Below, one piece after another: positions 7,876 to 18,339 of a stretch of 64,000 nucleotides of DNA (positions are counted from its first letter, which is position 1; each line of letters opens with the position of its first letter). The position numbers and the translations under genes were made by a program. Under the pieces are notes generated by a model. The model was not told where the DNA came from and made no database searches. It saw only the letters and a program-made list of their open reading frames with translations. Source of the stretch: Candidatus Brocadiia bacterium (GTDB taxonomy: Bacteria; Planctomycetota; Brocadiia; SM23-32); the NCBI GenBank assembly GCA_046538485.1, contig JBKHIT010000003.1:64001-128000 (forward strand), given 5' to 3'.

Positions 7876-10572
7876 CTATTTGTCGGCCTCCACGACCTCT
7901 CGTGGGAGAAGCAACTCTTCCTCATCACGCGCCAGGTAGGGGGGCACGGTCATCAACCGCCGATCTCCGGTGCCACGATAGAATTTCCATAACCGACCAT
8001 CCTCGCCCTCCGGTACCGGTACGCTGAAATAATCGGCACTGTCCAGCTGACCGAAATCAAACACTTTCTTGCCGCTTCCGTCTAACAACACGCCGTTGGT
8101 GGAAGTGGCAAATCCGCCAACGACTTTCGTGCCTTTGGGAACGTAAAAATACCGGTTCCATCGATGATATGGGTGTTCCGCGTCACTGAGACTTGACCGA
8201 AACGTCATCGGTTGGCCCGGGGTCCACTCGATGTGCGTCATGTCGCTGTGATCGGTCCACTCGATCTTATGAAGGCCACTGTGGGGTGTTTTGAATACGA
8301 CTTCACGCGTCTTGCCTTCGCCTTCGGGAGACACCACTACTTCCTGAATTGTTTTTTCCTTCTGACCGTCGATCCAGACAAGCTGCATCTCTATATCGCC
8401 CAACACGCCGCTGTAGATTTTGCCACCAGTCACCTGGAGGATGATCTGCCGGTTCCCTTTGCTGAACCACGTATACAGCGTATGCCGTCCGCGGTAGTTG
8501 GGATAATGTTCTGTCTTCACATCTTTCAGATCCAGCTCATCAACTGGCACGAGGTCAGTACTGTAGGAGACAGGTTCGAAGTCTATTTTGTCCTTTTCGT
8601 TGTTCTTCAGTCCCGCCTCCAGGATCCCAATAATTTCTTCGTCGGTGAAGAGTTTATCGCTGGTCCAGTCGTCGATGTCCACCACCTGTAATTCTTTCAT
8701 CTGTTTTTGCAGGTCCGCGCTCGGACCTTCTTTTTTTTCTTTTCCGTCACCTGCCGTGACATCGCCCAAAAGGTCGGCGATCTCCTCGCTCTCTTTCTCG
8801 GTCGAATCCGCTTTTCTATCGGATGCGCTTCTTTTGAGAGGTCTATCAACCGACAGTCTTCCCGCGTCAGCTTCATCCGGCACGCCGATGCCCCGTCTCC
8901 GAAGGGCACGGAAAAGCCCCCGAATGTGTATCAGCATCGTGTCCTGCATCCGGTAAGCATGCCGATAAAGGTCCTGCGCGGCCCTTTTGCTGGCCTTTCG
9001 CCCGTCGGCGTCGGCATACCGGAAATACAACTCCACGTAACGGGTGTAGACGATAAGTTCATCGAGTCGTGCATGCACCTCGGGATCTTGTGCGAGACGG
9101 CGCGCCTCCGCCAGGAGTTCGTACATCCGTGCCACCAGATCTTCGTGGGTGCGGACTTTCTCGGATTTTTTGGTTATCAGCCGGTAGAACGCTCGCATTG
9201 GTTGACGTGCCTGGCCAAAGGCGTTTGTCAAAAAATCATCGACCAACTCATCCACCTTTTTGGCAGCATCCACGTCCCAGACCAATCGGGTGGTCAGGTA
9301 GTAGCCCAGGCCATTGGCGCCCCAGGAGTCCGACGCTTCGGAGTTTATGAATCGAGCGCCTTTCTCATAGTAATACGGAATCCGCTCGGTCAGATATTTA
9401 ATTCGCCCGCCCCGGGCCCGGCAGGGCATGGCATTGCTCCACAGGTAAACGTCGTGATAATCCCGAATTCCGATCATGTTCGCGCGTTGGGCCCAGCCAT
9501 CAATCAGTTCTTCAAACGTGTATCCGCCTTTGATAAAAGCGGTGGCGATGCTTACGATCACCCTGGGATGGACGTCAACACTCGGGGGCGGCGAATGCAT
9601 ATTGTAGGCGTAGATCCCAACGTGTTTTTCCCCGTATCCCAGTTCGTTGATTGCTTCGGCCACGGCGTTGGCAAGCAGCACGGCCCGATCGCTCACGCTG
9701 CCCATTTTCTGGCACTCTTTGCACTGGCACCAACCACCGCCGTCCGATGGATCCATGGAGATACTGTCCCTCTTCGGGTTGTTCTTGATGCGACGCACGG
9801 CATCTTCAACGACCAGTTGACGGAGCCCTTCGTTGGCAATGCAGAATTTGTTGCCACCGCGTTTTCTATCTCGCAGCGCCAGATATTCCGGATGTTCATC
9901 AAACGCCTTCTGGTTCCTCCTGATGATCGAATCGTACGCATGGCCCGTACTTAGTTTTGCAGCCGAAGTGACCCGGTTCCGATCTTTCCACAGGCTCCAC
10001 ATTTGACCATCACTCCATGGAGCTCCTCTGGGGGCATTGCGGTTGTAGAAATCGGGGGCCTCGAAAACGTCCATTTTTACCTGTAAATCGGAGTCTTCGG
10101 GGATAACCTCCCAAGTTTCCGTCGGGAAAAAGCGCCGGTATCCGAGTCTGTACAAAAAGTCCCAGACCCCATGCTGCGCCGCCAGATCCGTCGCGCCGAC
10201 TAGGTATATGCCCTTTTGGTGGGTGCGAATCAGGTATTCATCCCGGCGGATTAGATCCTCCGGATCAAAGCGCTGAGCCAATCCCAGCTTCGGAAAGTCC
10301 TGATAGTTGCCAACAGCTATCCCTTCTGTCCCGTCTCCTGTTCTAACCTCAAACGTTCCGCCGGTGATCTGACGGAGGTAATCTGCCAGGTGCTGTGCGC
10401 TTTTAGTAACACGTTTACCGGCATCGGGAGAAACGACAATGTGCAAGTGCGCTTCTCCCTTCCGGGCGACGGAGATTTTCTCGCCCGCCAAAACTGTGGC
10501 CGAAACGAACCAACCCAGCAACAGGCCAACGACAATTGCTATAAGAACCGGCAGCTTTTTTTTCAGCTTCAT
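7876..10572 (-). CDS. Exported DUF4838-domain protein (putative glycoside-hydrolase-like)
   Basis: Signal peptide MKLKKKLP...VLA; GH20/GH67-like N-domain (LADYLRQITG); H..HPEYLAL, ISMDPSDGGGWCQC, YAY, GLGYYLTTRLVWD. Confidence 0.82.
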   Translation of the reverse strand: MKLKKKLPVLIAIVVGLLLGWFVSATVLAGEKISVARKGEAHLHIVVSPDAGKRVTKSAQHLADYLRQITGGTFEVRTGDGTEGIAVGNYQDFPKLGLAQRFDPEDLIRRDEYLIRTHQKGIYLVGATDLAAQHGVWDFLYRLGYRRFFPTETWEVIPEDSDLQVKMDVFEAPDFYNRNAPRGAPWSDGQMWSLWKDRNRVTSAAKLSTGHAYDSIIRRNQKAFDEHPEYLALRDRKRGGNKFCIANEGLRQLVVEDAVRRIKNNPKRDSISMDPSDGGGWCQCKECQKMGSVSDRAVLLANAVAEAINELGYGEKHVGIYAYNMHSPPPSVDVHPRVIVSIATAFIKGGYTFEELIDGWAQRANMIGIRDYHDVYLWSNAMPCRARGGRIKYLTERIPYYYEKGARFINSEASDSWGANGLGYYLTTRLVWDVDAAKKVDELVDDFLTNAFGQARQPMRAFYRLITKKSEKVRTHEDLVARMYELLAEARRLAQDPEVHARLDELIVYTRYVELYFRYADADGRKASKRAAQDLYRHAYRMQDTMLIHIRGLFRALRRRGIGVPDEADAGRLSVDRPLKRSASDRKADSTEKESEEIADLLGDVTAGDGKEKKEGPSADLQKQMKELQVVDIDDWTSDKLFTDEEIIGILEAGLKNNEKDKIDFEPVSYSTDLVPVDELDLKDVKTEHYPNYRGRHTLYTWFSKGNRQIILQVTGGKIYSGVLGDIEMQLVWIDGQKEKTIQEVVVSPEGEGKTREVVFKTPHSGLHKIEWTDHSDMTHIEWTPGQPMTFRSSLSDAEHPYHRWNRYFYVPKGTKVVGGFATSTNGVLLDGSGKKVFDFGQLDSADYFSVPVPEGEDGRLWKFYRGTGDRRLMTVPPYLARDEEELLLPREVVEADK

Positions 10573-10914
10573 TCGGGCCTCTCGTATTGATCTCAGATAT
10601 CGTCGACAAGTTTCCCTTCCGGGGATTCCCCCGGCAGGATGCATTTTTTTCTAATCTCACATTTTTCTGTCTGCGACCTCCCCCACATCCTACCGCCTGG
10701 AGCCTTCGCATACAAAAAATTCCACTGAACGGCGATGTTAGTGGTAAGCGCCAGGGCCCTGAATATGCGGCGATCTTCTGGAGCTTACCTTCTTCGGGGG
10801 GCATAAAATCATAGCCTGGCCGGTGAGAGGCAACGATCATTATCTCGCGTGTGTGACAAACTTACTGTGTCAACGTGTCGTAGCTCAACCGGTGACAGGC
10901 AGAAATGCCGTACG

Positions 10915-11017
10915 TGTTAGCCCAACAGCGAGATTGCCGCGGCGCCCCGCTACGCGGAACGCCTCGCAATGACATTGTAAGCAGGGACGGCTAATGTAAT
11001 GCGGGCTAAATGCGTAC
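10915..11017. repeat. Half copy of the GTCATTGCGAG repeat plus shared flank, inverted
   Basis: cccaacagcgagattgccgcggcgccccgctacgcggaacgcctcgcaatgacatt is a near reverse complement of 5401-5457. Confidence 0.85.
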
Positions 11018-11114
11018 GGAATGCCTGTCACACTGGATGTTCACTGAACTCGCAGCTGATTGTTCAGGCTGGCATGCTGCCGTAGCCGCAACTGATTTTC
11101 GCCCCTTCTTGGGG

Positions 11115-14100
11115 CTACCAGTTCCGCACTGATTTCTTTTCTACGCCGAATTTGAATGTGATGTCCCGTGGCGGCGGATTGTTGCCGGGAGCTTTTGCCC
11201 TGACTTTCAGGACGTATTTGGTTTCCGCCTGCTTTGCCTCCTGCATCACATCGTCAATCCCGGCGAGCGGAGACTCGTCCTTTTCGACGGGCGCCGAGTG
11301 TTTGATTGTTGTCTCCGGTTCGTACTCGATCCGAATCAACGCCGTACCGCGGTATGCCATGGTATCTCCGCTTGACAACTTGCGCAGTCCTTTGTCCGTT
11401 TTTTCGAAAAGTCTGATATTTACCTTCTGCGCTCTGCGTCCCTGGAGGGAACGACGATAGTTCACGGCGGCGCGGGTTGCCTTTTTGGGTTTCTTCCCCC
11501 AGAGCCAGACCGAGGGTTGCTGAGTTTCGGGCTTCGGAACCGGGGCGAATTGTCCCGTCTCTATCCTCCCCTGTGCGTCCGAATCCCGAAATGCCCAGTC
11601 GTAGAGGAAAACAGAATCAATCGCGGCCCCCGCATCAATTTTAGCCTTATTCGTTGGGCCCAGGATGAGTCCCGGTTGGAGAATGCTCCCGTCGCGCCAG
11701 CGCACGACTGCTGGTGCCGACAAAAGGGCGACACGTTTGCCGTCGACAAAAAGGCGATACTGACCCATTTCCCAGCACAGAACCACATGGTGCCAGCCTC
11801 TGTCGTCCGGGAACGATGCCGATGTCTCCCGGAGTTTCGGGCCTTCTTCCGGGATAGGGGAGAGTTCGGTCGATTTCCAGTGATCCACGTGCGTGTTACG
11901 TTCGTAGGTTCGCAGGCGGAGGGCGGGGCGATTGTTGAGGGAAACCAGCTCGAGCGTGGTGTTCATATGATGCCGCAGCTGCGCGACAGGCAGCGGGACG
12001 GCAGCGGTTTTTTTTACTTGCAGATCAAACTCAAGCGTGCCGCTGAACCAGCTTGGCACCACCCCGTAACGGGCGTGCGCGCCTTGCGGATTGATTTCAA
12101 TTGCTTTCCGGCGTGAACCTTTCACCCGGTCCGCTTCCCCGTTTTCCGAAAGAACTCCACCCCCCACGTCTGGCGCCAGTCCTTTATCAAATGAGACCCC
12201 GAGACTGACTCCTTTCGGCCACGGAGCCGGGGGAGGGGTATCGGTGGAGCGGACCAGCAAAGCCCTCAATGATGTCACGGGGGCGGCGGGGACGTGTACG
12301 CTCTCTCGGGAGTTCAAGAGCTGTCCGGTCTCGAGATCCCAGACGCGGAAATGTTCGCCCTTCAGCTTGAGACCCGCCAGCGATGGATGGAGTTCGGTGT
12401 CGGGGGCCAGGGGCCATCCATACCATGCGAGCAGCAGAATGGCCTGACGCCGGTCTTTTGAGGGCGCGACGAAGACGCGTAGTTGTGAGGATGCCGGGGG
12501 GTTTTTCACGATGTTGGCAGCCCGGATTCGCCGCGCATTCCGCGTTATCGAGAACATGGGAAGCATCTCACGCTTGCCATCGACCAGACCGAAGCGGCGC
12601 GCAAGCGAGGTCACGCGGCGTTGTTTGGCACCGGCGTGCCGGTAGTACTCGGCCACGGCCCGCTGTTTGCCATGGAACGACCAGCCGTCAACTCCGAGCA
12701 CTTCGCCCCACACGACTTCATGAATACGATCTCGGCGCGCTCGCCAGGGATCTCCCCCGGCATCGTGGACGTAATTGAAACCAAAATAGCCCGGGATAAT
12801 GTCGCGAACGTAATCTTTTTTCCATTTGGGCCTGACGCGTCCGTATCCGGTCTGTCCGTACGGAGCGATATGTCCGAGGTGGGCGATGTGGGTTCCGCGG
12901 CGCCGGTAAAACTCCGGGATAATAAGGACATCGGGGTGATCTTCGCGTATTTTGCGATAGATGTGACCACAGGGTACGTCAGAATTGCGTTTTCCCCCGT
13001 TTTCCCCGTAGAAGCGGAGGACAATGCTCGTGTCGTAGTAGAAGATCGTGCATCCCCAGCGCTTTTTAGCATAGGCAATCTCCTCGGAAAGACGCTGCGC
13101 GATCGGGTAGACCGCCCACCAGGGGGTATGTTCGGGTATCAGCTTGTGGTAATTGTCTTTGACGGGGTCCGACTTGGGATTGGCATTTCCGACTCCCTGG
13201 ACCCACTTGTTTCCCGACCATCGCGGCTGGGGATGGCGGATTGTCGCGCCGGTTCGGAAACCGGCCTGGCGAATGATGCGGAAATAGTCGTCCATCGCGT
13301 GGTCCAGCTCCGGCGTGAGGATCGGCAACATACGCGGCGCACCGACAAACCCCGTCGAGTGGAAACCGCCTTCCAGATTCCACAGGATCATTCCCTGAGC
13401 GTTCATTTTTTTGAGGGCATCCACTGTCCTGTGAGCGGTGCGGATAAACGCCCGGCGGAGGAAGGCCTTTCCGTGCGGCGAGAGCACATCGACGGTATCG
13501 AGAATGGGACTCCAGAGGCGGCGCGGATTTGTTCCCTCGATGCCAAACTGCGGCGCTTTTTTCCCCCATTCCCCGAGGATATAACATGCGCCGACGGCCC
13601 CCCGGTCGGGCCATTCGAGCATCGGTGACTGAAACTTCTGATATTCTTTGTAGAAATCGCGCAGCACCCAGTGTCGCCGTTCTTTGTTTCCCGCAAAACG
13701 CAACGCGAATTCCAGCTCGAGTGTCTCGCCCGGGGGTATCCGGGGGAGACCTTTCGGCGGCATCACCAGCTCACCTCTGGCCACCGCCCGCACCCCGCCC
13801 GTTACCACCAGCGGGTAGACGTTTTCAGTCCCTTTTTTCGGTTTCGCAAAACCAAATCGCACCGGCGGGGCAAAACTTTCGTATGACGCGAAGATCTGGC
13901 CAATTTTTGTTTTTACTCCGATGGCTGTTGGCCGGTCGTGTGTGTTTCTGACATCCCCGTCTTTGAGTTTGTCAGCCGCAGCAGGGAGCCGGAGATGGAA
14001 CAATTCGAAACGAAAGTTCGCCACGGGGTGTTCCGACCGATTTTCGGCCAGAAGCCGCATTCGCAGGACGTTGCCCTTACGTTTGTACCGGACCCGCACC

Positions 14101-14465
14101 TCGCCCCATCCGTATTGGCGCGTCACCTGACGTTTGCGTTTGTCGAACGCGGCATTGGGATCTTTCAGCGAAGCCCGGGAAAACTCATAATCCCAGAAAT
14201 TGTTCTTTGGGTTGACTTTGCGTGTTTCCAGAACGACATTCGTGGCCGCCGGGAGCGGATTAGCGATCAACTGATCGCCCTGCCAGTTAAGAGAGAACGT
14301 CTTGTTGGCGAAGGTTAGTTTCGGGGGAGGGGGCGTTTTTATCCCCTCTGGTTCCCCCCGCGCCGGAGGCAAAAATGTCAGCAGGCCGACAAGAAACATC
14401 GCGATCGGCGCCGGTATTACCGCGAGGGATTTGGACCGGTTTTTTGATTTGGTGGACAATGTCAT
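11115..14465 (-). CDS. Large exported protein: putative TIM-barrel catalytic domain + LamG/ConA-like domain
   Basis: 1116 aa; signal peptide; WHHVVLCW..YRLFVDG..IDSVFLYD (LamG-like); colinear paralog of 14482-18030. Confidence 0.8.
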   Translation of the reverse strand: MTLSTKSKNRSKSLAVIPAPIAMFLVGLLTFLPPARGEPEGIKTPPPPKLTFANKTFSLNWQGDQLIANPLPAATNVVLETRKVNPKNNFWDYEFSRASLKDPNAAFDKRKRQVTRQYGWGEVRVRYKRKGNVLRMRLLAENRSEHPVANFRFELFHLRLPAAADKLKDGDVRNTHDRPTAIGVKTKIGQIFASYESFAPPVRFGFAKPKKGTENVYPLVVTGGVRAVARGELVMPPKGLPRIPPGETLELEFALRFAGNKERRHWVLRDFYKEYQKFQSPMLEWPDRGAVGACYILGEWGKKAPQFGIEGTNPRRLWSPILDTVDVLSPHGKAFLRRAFIRTAHRTVDALKKMNAQGMILWNLEGGFHSTGFVGAPRMLPILTPELDHAMDDYFRIIRQAGFRTGATIRHPQPRWSGNKWVQGVGNANPKSDPVKDNYHKLIPEHTPWWAVYPIAQRLSEEIAYAKKRWGCTIFYYDTSIVLRFYGENGGKRNSDVPCGHIYRKIREDHPDVLIIPEFYRRRGTHIAHLGHIAPYGQTGYGRVRPKWKKDYVRDIIPGYFGFNYVHDAGGDPWRARRDRIHEVVWGEVLGVDGWSFHGKQRAVAEYYRHAGAKQRRVTSLARRFGLVDGKREMLPMFSITRNARRIRAANIVKNPPASSQLRVFVAPSKDRRQAILLLAWYGWPLAPDTELHPSLAGLKLKGEHFRVWDLETGQLLNSRESVHVPAAPVTSLRALLVRSTDTPPPAPWPKGVSLGVSFDKGLAPDVGGGVLSENGEADRVKGSRRKAIEINPQGAHARYGVVPSWFSGTLEFDLQVKKTAAVPLPVAQLRHHMNTTLELVSLNNRPALRLRTYERNTHVDHWKSTELSPIPEEGPKLRETSASFPDDRGWHHVVLCWEMGQYRLFVDGKRVALLSAPAVVRWRDGSILQPGLILGPTNKAKIDAGAAIDSVFLYDWAFRDSDAQGRIETGQFAPVPKPETQQPSVWLWGKKPKKATRAAVNYRRSLQGRRAQKVNIRLFEKTDKGLRKLSSGDTMAYRGTALIRIEYEPETTIKHSAPVEKDESPLAGIDDVMQEAKQAETKYVLKVRAKAPGNNPPPRDITFKFGVEKKSVRNW

Positions 14466-14481
14466 TGGCTTTCTCCTTGCA

Positions 14482-17400
14482 TTACCACCGATGGGAGTCT
14501 ATGCCGTGGCTCGCAGCCGAAAAACGAACGGTGCGCGCTGGAGGACCTTTGCCTTCGGGCAGGGGTTTCACCTCCATCACGTAAGACGTGCCCGTGTCCA
14601 CCTCCCCCTCGAGCATCCCCAGGTCGTCACCTGTATCTCCGGCGTCCAGCGACATGTCATCGGAAGCACCTAAATCTTCTCCACTTTCGATCTTTTTCGA
14701 CCTTTTGAAACGGAGTTTGCCGAGGCCGACTCCGTTATAGCTCTGGAGGGTCCCGAAGGCGACGCGTTGACGCCCGTGTTGCAATCTTTCGTAAAGAGTG
14801 ACCTGAAACCGCTCAGCTCGGCTCCAGTTCGGTGCGGGCCGTGAATTAATGCCGACGTTAACATTTTTGGGGAAGGAACCCCACAGCCAGACGGTGATGG
14901 GTTGTTTCTCTGGTTTTTCCACGGGTTTCATGCCGTTAGAAGACATCCGGGAGCCGGCCTGCTGTTTCGTGAAAGGCCATGTGTAGGCTATCAGCGAATC
15001 GACCAATGCTCTACCATTTTTCGACGTTTCTCCGCCTCCGACAATAAGACCCGGTTCCAGTGCGGTCCCATCACGACGGCGCAATTTGACCGGCCCGGAG
15101 GCCGAGTCGGTCAGGTTGCCGTCCACGTAAAGCCTGTACTGTCCGATATCCCAGGTCAGAACAACGTGGTACCAGGTTCCGGGTCGGAGTGCCGCGTGAA
15201 TTTTCCGGGTTTCGGCATCTTCCCCGGCAGAATCACCATCCCCGGTCTGCGCCGGAATCTCGCGGAACCGCAGGCCCAGAACCGTCTGACCGTGCTGTTG
15301 CTGGAGGGACAGTTCGAGGTCGAGATGATGTTTCAAGGCGAGGATGCGAAGGGGACGGTCGCCGCTTTTTTGGGGTTTGATGTCGAATTCCAGGGATCCA
15401 TTGAGCCAGCTCGGTACGACACCGTAGGCGGCCCGCGCTCCGGAGACCTGGAGGGCGTTGCCGTTTCGTGCCTTCGTTCGGTTTCCTTTCCGGGAACCAC
15501 GGTCTGTCCCGGGGGGACCACCGCCGAAATCGGGCGACATGCTTTTATCGAAGGAGATCCCCACCAGGACCCCTTCGGGCGGGTGTTTTCGCGTTTTCGG
15601 AGTACTTTGCAGGTAGAGCGCGCTCAATCCTGCGATCGGATCCGGTTCGACTTTGATAGGGGACCTCTTTGCGGGCATGAGACCGGTCCCGAGGTGCCAG
15701 GTGTGTTTCTGGGGCAAATCTATCCCGGGGAGATCTGGTTTCAGGCGGATCATATGACCGGAACCTTTTTGCCAGACCACCATCAGCAGAGCCCGTTTTT
15801 TGTCGGGGCTGAACACAACTCGTGTGCGGAGGTTTGCCGGAACAGAACGTTCTGCCACAATGCGGACAGGGTCCACAGATTCACCCAGACGCCACGCCCG
15901 GGAAAGGGGCGGCAAAGGATCTATATCGTCTTCGTCAAGGAGTCCGATTTGTCGGGCGGCCGCGGCAATCCGTTTTTGTTTGGAACGGGCGGCGTCATAA
16001 ATCTCGCGGACGCGGTGGGGATTTTCCCGGGCACTCCACATCAGCACATCGCCCCAGGCTACGGCTCGCCGGAGCTGTGGTTTACGTGCTTCGAGATTGG
16101 CCCCTTCGACATCCGTGACCGTGAAAGCATCGGCACGCCACTCCCGTACGCGGGGAGGTGTGCTTTCGAAAGCAATTTCTTCTGCGGCCATCTTCTCCGC
16201 TTCTTCATAGTCATATTCCATGTGCTGTTTGAGTGTCAGCACGTGTTCGCGTATCAACCGTTTCAGCTTGAGCTCGACGTATGGAGCGGAGTTGGCCCAG
16301 TAACTGTGATGCAACACATGGATGCGGTCCGGAATCGCGCGGCGCCATTTGATGCGCCGTGGAATTTGCCGGTAGCGCAGCATGTTGCCGATAACCCACC
16401 TGGGCGTGGGAAGACCGCCGATTCGCTTTTCTCCGGTTCCGCGAAGACTGTCGGTGAAAATTCTGTAGCCGGCCTTGCTTTTCAGAATTTCCGCCGATCT
16501 TGCCGATCGCCAGTGGCGTTCCGCATATCGAGGAATGAGCAGGACGTCGGGCTGGAGCTCGCGAAGACGCTGGAATGTCCTTGCGTTGAACAGCATCCAG
16601 TCTTCGAGCCGTCCCGGCCCGGCTTTTGACCAGAAGCCGTTGTCGTGGATGTAGAAGATGCTGCACCCCCAACGCTGTTTTGCGTACTCGATTTTATCGG
16701 AAAGCCGCCGGGCCAGCGGGTAGACGCGTCCGGCGGCAATCTCGTGGGACCTGGCATTCTTCAGGGGCGGCGCGAAATTTTCGTGTTCGCGATCATACGA
16801 TCCCGGCCCCTGCGTCCACCGTTGCCGCCGTTCACCGTAATGGAGCACTGAAGGGCGTATGCAAACCCCGGTGCGCAGACCGGCCTGGCGGAAACGTCTG
16901 AAAAAGTCGTCGGCGAGTTTGTCCATTTCAGGCGCGATATCGGGGAGACGCCGCGGGTCGCCGAATGGATACTCCGGATAGATATGACCGCCTTCGATAT
17001 TCCAGATCACCACGCCCTGCGCGTCGGCGGCCTGGAGGTGTTTGACGGCCTCATCGGCGAGCCCCATAAGTTTTTTGCGGAGTTTCTCGCGGCCCTCCGG
17101 TGTGCCGGTTTTCATCTTCGGCGCACGAAACCATCCACGGGGATTTTCGGGAGTGACGTGACGGGGGGAACCTGCCAGGATTATCTTGCCGATCGGTCGC
17201 CGGTCAGACCAGTTGATATGCGGTTTCTGGGCTGCGTGAAACGCTTTGTAGAAGGGCCGCAACACCGTTGCATCGGGTCGCGCAGAAGGAGCGAAGCGCA
17301 GAACAAATTTAAGCTGCAGCTCCTCGCCGGGCGGGATTTGGGGTCGCCCGAGGATCGGCAGCACAAAAGAATCCTCTTCCAGTGCGGCAACGCCCCCCAG

Positions 17401-18030
17401 AACGATCAGCGGGACCTGTGGATTTCGTTTCCCGCGGGCTCTGCCGAAACCAAATTGCACCGGGTTGTGAAAACTCTCGCACGTTGCGAACAGTTTTCCG
17501 GTCTCCAGGGGGACCTTGAAGGCATAAGGATGGTCGAGTGTAAGATGCACGACTCCGCGTCGAAGCCAGCCCGGGGTTCTTTCAAACGCGAACTCCAGCA
17601 ACCGTACGCGGAAATCAGCGATAGTTCGGTCGGACGTGTTTTTGAGAGTCAGCACCAGATCCAGCCGATCCGGTCCCGGGTTCCACTCCAGCTCGCCGAG
17701 TCCCCATGGATACGTATGGCGGATCTGTTTTTTGGCGGGGAAAACTTGGACTTTGGGAGAATCAACCGATGCCGTTACGAAGGAATATCCCCAGAGTTCC
17801 TTTTTTTCGGGGTTGTGTTTCTGCAGGATGAGACGCTCGACTGCGAAATGTTTCTCGCCGAGTATCCCGCCCCCTCGCCATCGCAGATGCGAGGGACCGT
17901 TTTTGTCAAAGGCTGCTTCTGGTTGCTGCGCGGAGACCGGCAGGGAACAGAACAGGGCAGGGAGCACCAAAAAAAGGGCGGTTATGCAGGTGCTGCCCGG
18001 TTTTGATACCCGAGCGCGTTTCTCCAGCAT
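14482..18030 (-). CDS. Large exported protein, paralog of 11115-14465
   Basis: 1182 aa; signal peptide; WYHVVLTW..YRLYVDG; shares NPR, QG..WN.EGG, YAK.RWGC.IFY and YGVVPSW blocks. Confidence 0.8.
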   Translation of the reverse strand: MLEKRARVSKPGSTCITALFLVLPALFCSLPVSAQQPEAAFDKNGPSHLRWRGGGILGEKHFAVERLILQKHNPEKKELWGYSFVTASVDSPKVQVFPAKKQIRHTYPWGLGELEWNPGPDRLDLVLTLKNTSDRTIADFRVRLLEFAFERTPGWLRRGVVHLTLDHPYAFKVPLETGKLFATCESFHNPVQFGFGRARGKRNPQVPLIVLGGVAALEEDSFVLPILGRPQIPPGEELQLKFVLRFAPSARPDATVLRPFYKAFHAAQKPHINWSDRRPIGKIILAGSPRHVTPENPRGWFRAPKMKTGTPEGREKLRKKLMGLADEAVKHLQAADAQGVVIWNIEGGHIYPEYPFGDPRRLPDIAPEMDKLADDFFRRFRQAGLRTGVCIRPSVLHYGERRQRWTQGPGSYDREHENFAPPLKNARSHEIAAGRVYPLARRLSDKIEYAKQRWGCSIFYIHDNGFWSKAGPGRLEDWMLFNARTFQRLRELQPDVLLIPRYAERHWRSARSAEILKSKAGYRIFTDSLRGTGEKRIGGLPTPRWVIGNMLRYRQIPRRIKWRRAIPDRIHVLHHSYWANSAPYVELKLKRLIREHVLTLKQHMEYDYEEAEKMAAEEIAFESTPPRVREWRADAFTVTDVEGANLEARKPQLRRAVAWGDVLMWSARENPHRVREIYDAARSKQKRIAAAARQIGLLDEDDIDPLPPLSRAWRLGESVDPVRIVAERSVPANLRTRVVFSPDKKRALLMVVWQKGSGHMIRLKPDLPGIDLPQKHTWHLGTGLMPAKRSPIKVEPDPIAGLSALYLQSTPKTRKHPPEGVLVGISFDKSMSPDFGGGPPGTDRGSRKGNRTKARNGNALQVSGARAAYGVVPSWLNGSLEFDIKPQKSGDRPLRILALKHHLDLELSLQQQHGQTVLGLRFREIPAQTGDGDSAGEDAETRKIHAALRPGTWYHVVLTWDIGQYRLYVDGNLTDSASGPVKLRRRDGTALEPGLIVGGGETSKNGRALVDSLIAYTWPFTKQQAGSRMSSNGMKPVEKPEKQPITVWLWGSFPKNVNVGINSRPAPNWSRAERFQVTLYERLQHGRQRVAFGTLQSYNGVGLGKLRFKRSKKIESGEDLGASDDMSLDAGDTGDDLGMLEGEVDTGTSYVMEVKPLPEGKGPPARTVRFSAASHGIDSHRW

Positions 18031-18311
18031 GCAGCACCTCGCGGATTAGAAAATTAATTCTGGGTCCCGGACTGCAATTTCATTTAGTGTATGCGAGACT
18101 TCCACGGCGGGATTTGCCGTGATCCCACTTTGTTTTTCTCTCAAAAGTAAGAAACAACCCGGCCCTGCCGCGTCGCAATCATTGTAGAATAAGTTGCCTT
18201 CCGCAAGCAACGCAGGTTTATACTAAATGAGCGTTTAACCGTTAAACAAGGTTAATAACCGGCTTTCGCAAGTTCATGGATGGAAAAGCATTCTAAAACG
18301 CTTCGCGGGAT

Positions 18312-18339
18312 ATTATACTGATTTTGCCAAAAGCGTCAA
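18312..18339 (-). promoter_or_regulatory. Sigma70-type promoter for the paralog pair
   Basis: TTGACG-16 bp-TATAAT on the minus strand. Confidence 0.65.

Noticed and set aside
8707..9954. 415-aa plus-strand ORF
   Set aside because: Antisense shadow of the DUF4838 gene
14902..16629. 575-aa plus-strand ORF
   Set aside because: Antisense shadow of 14482-18030; no motifs
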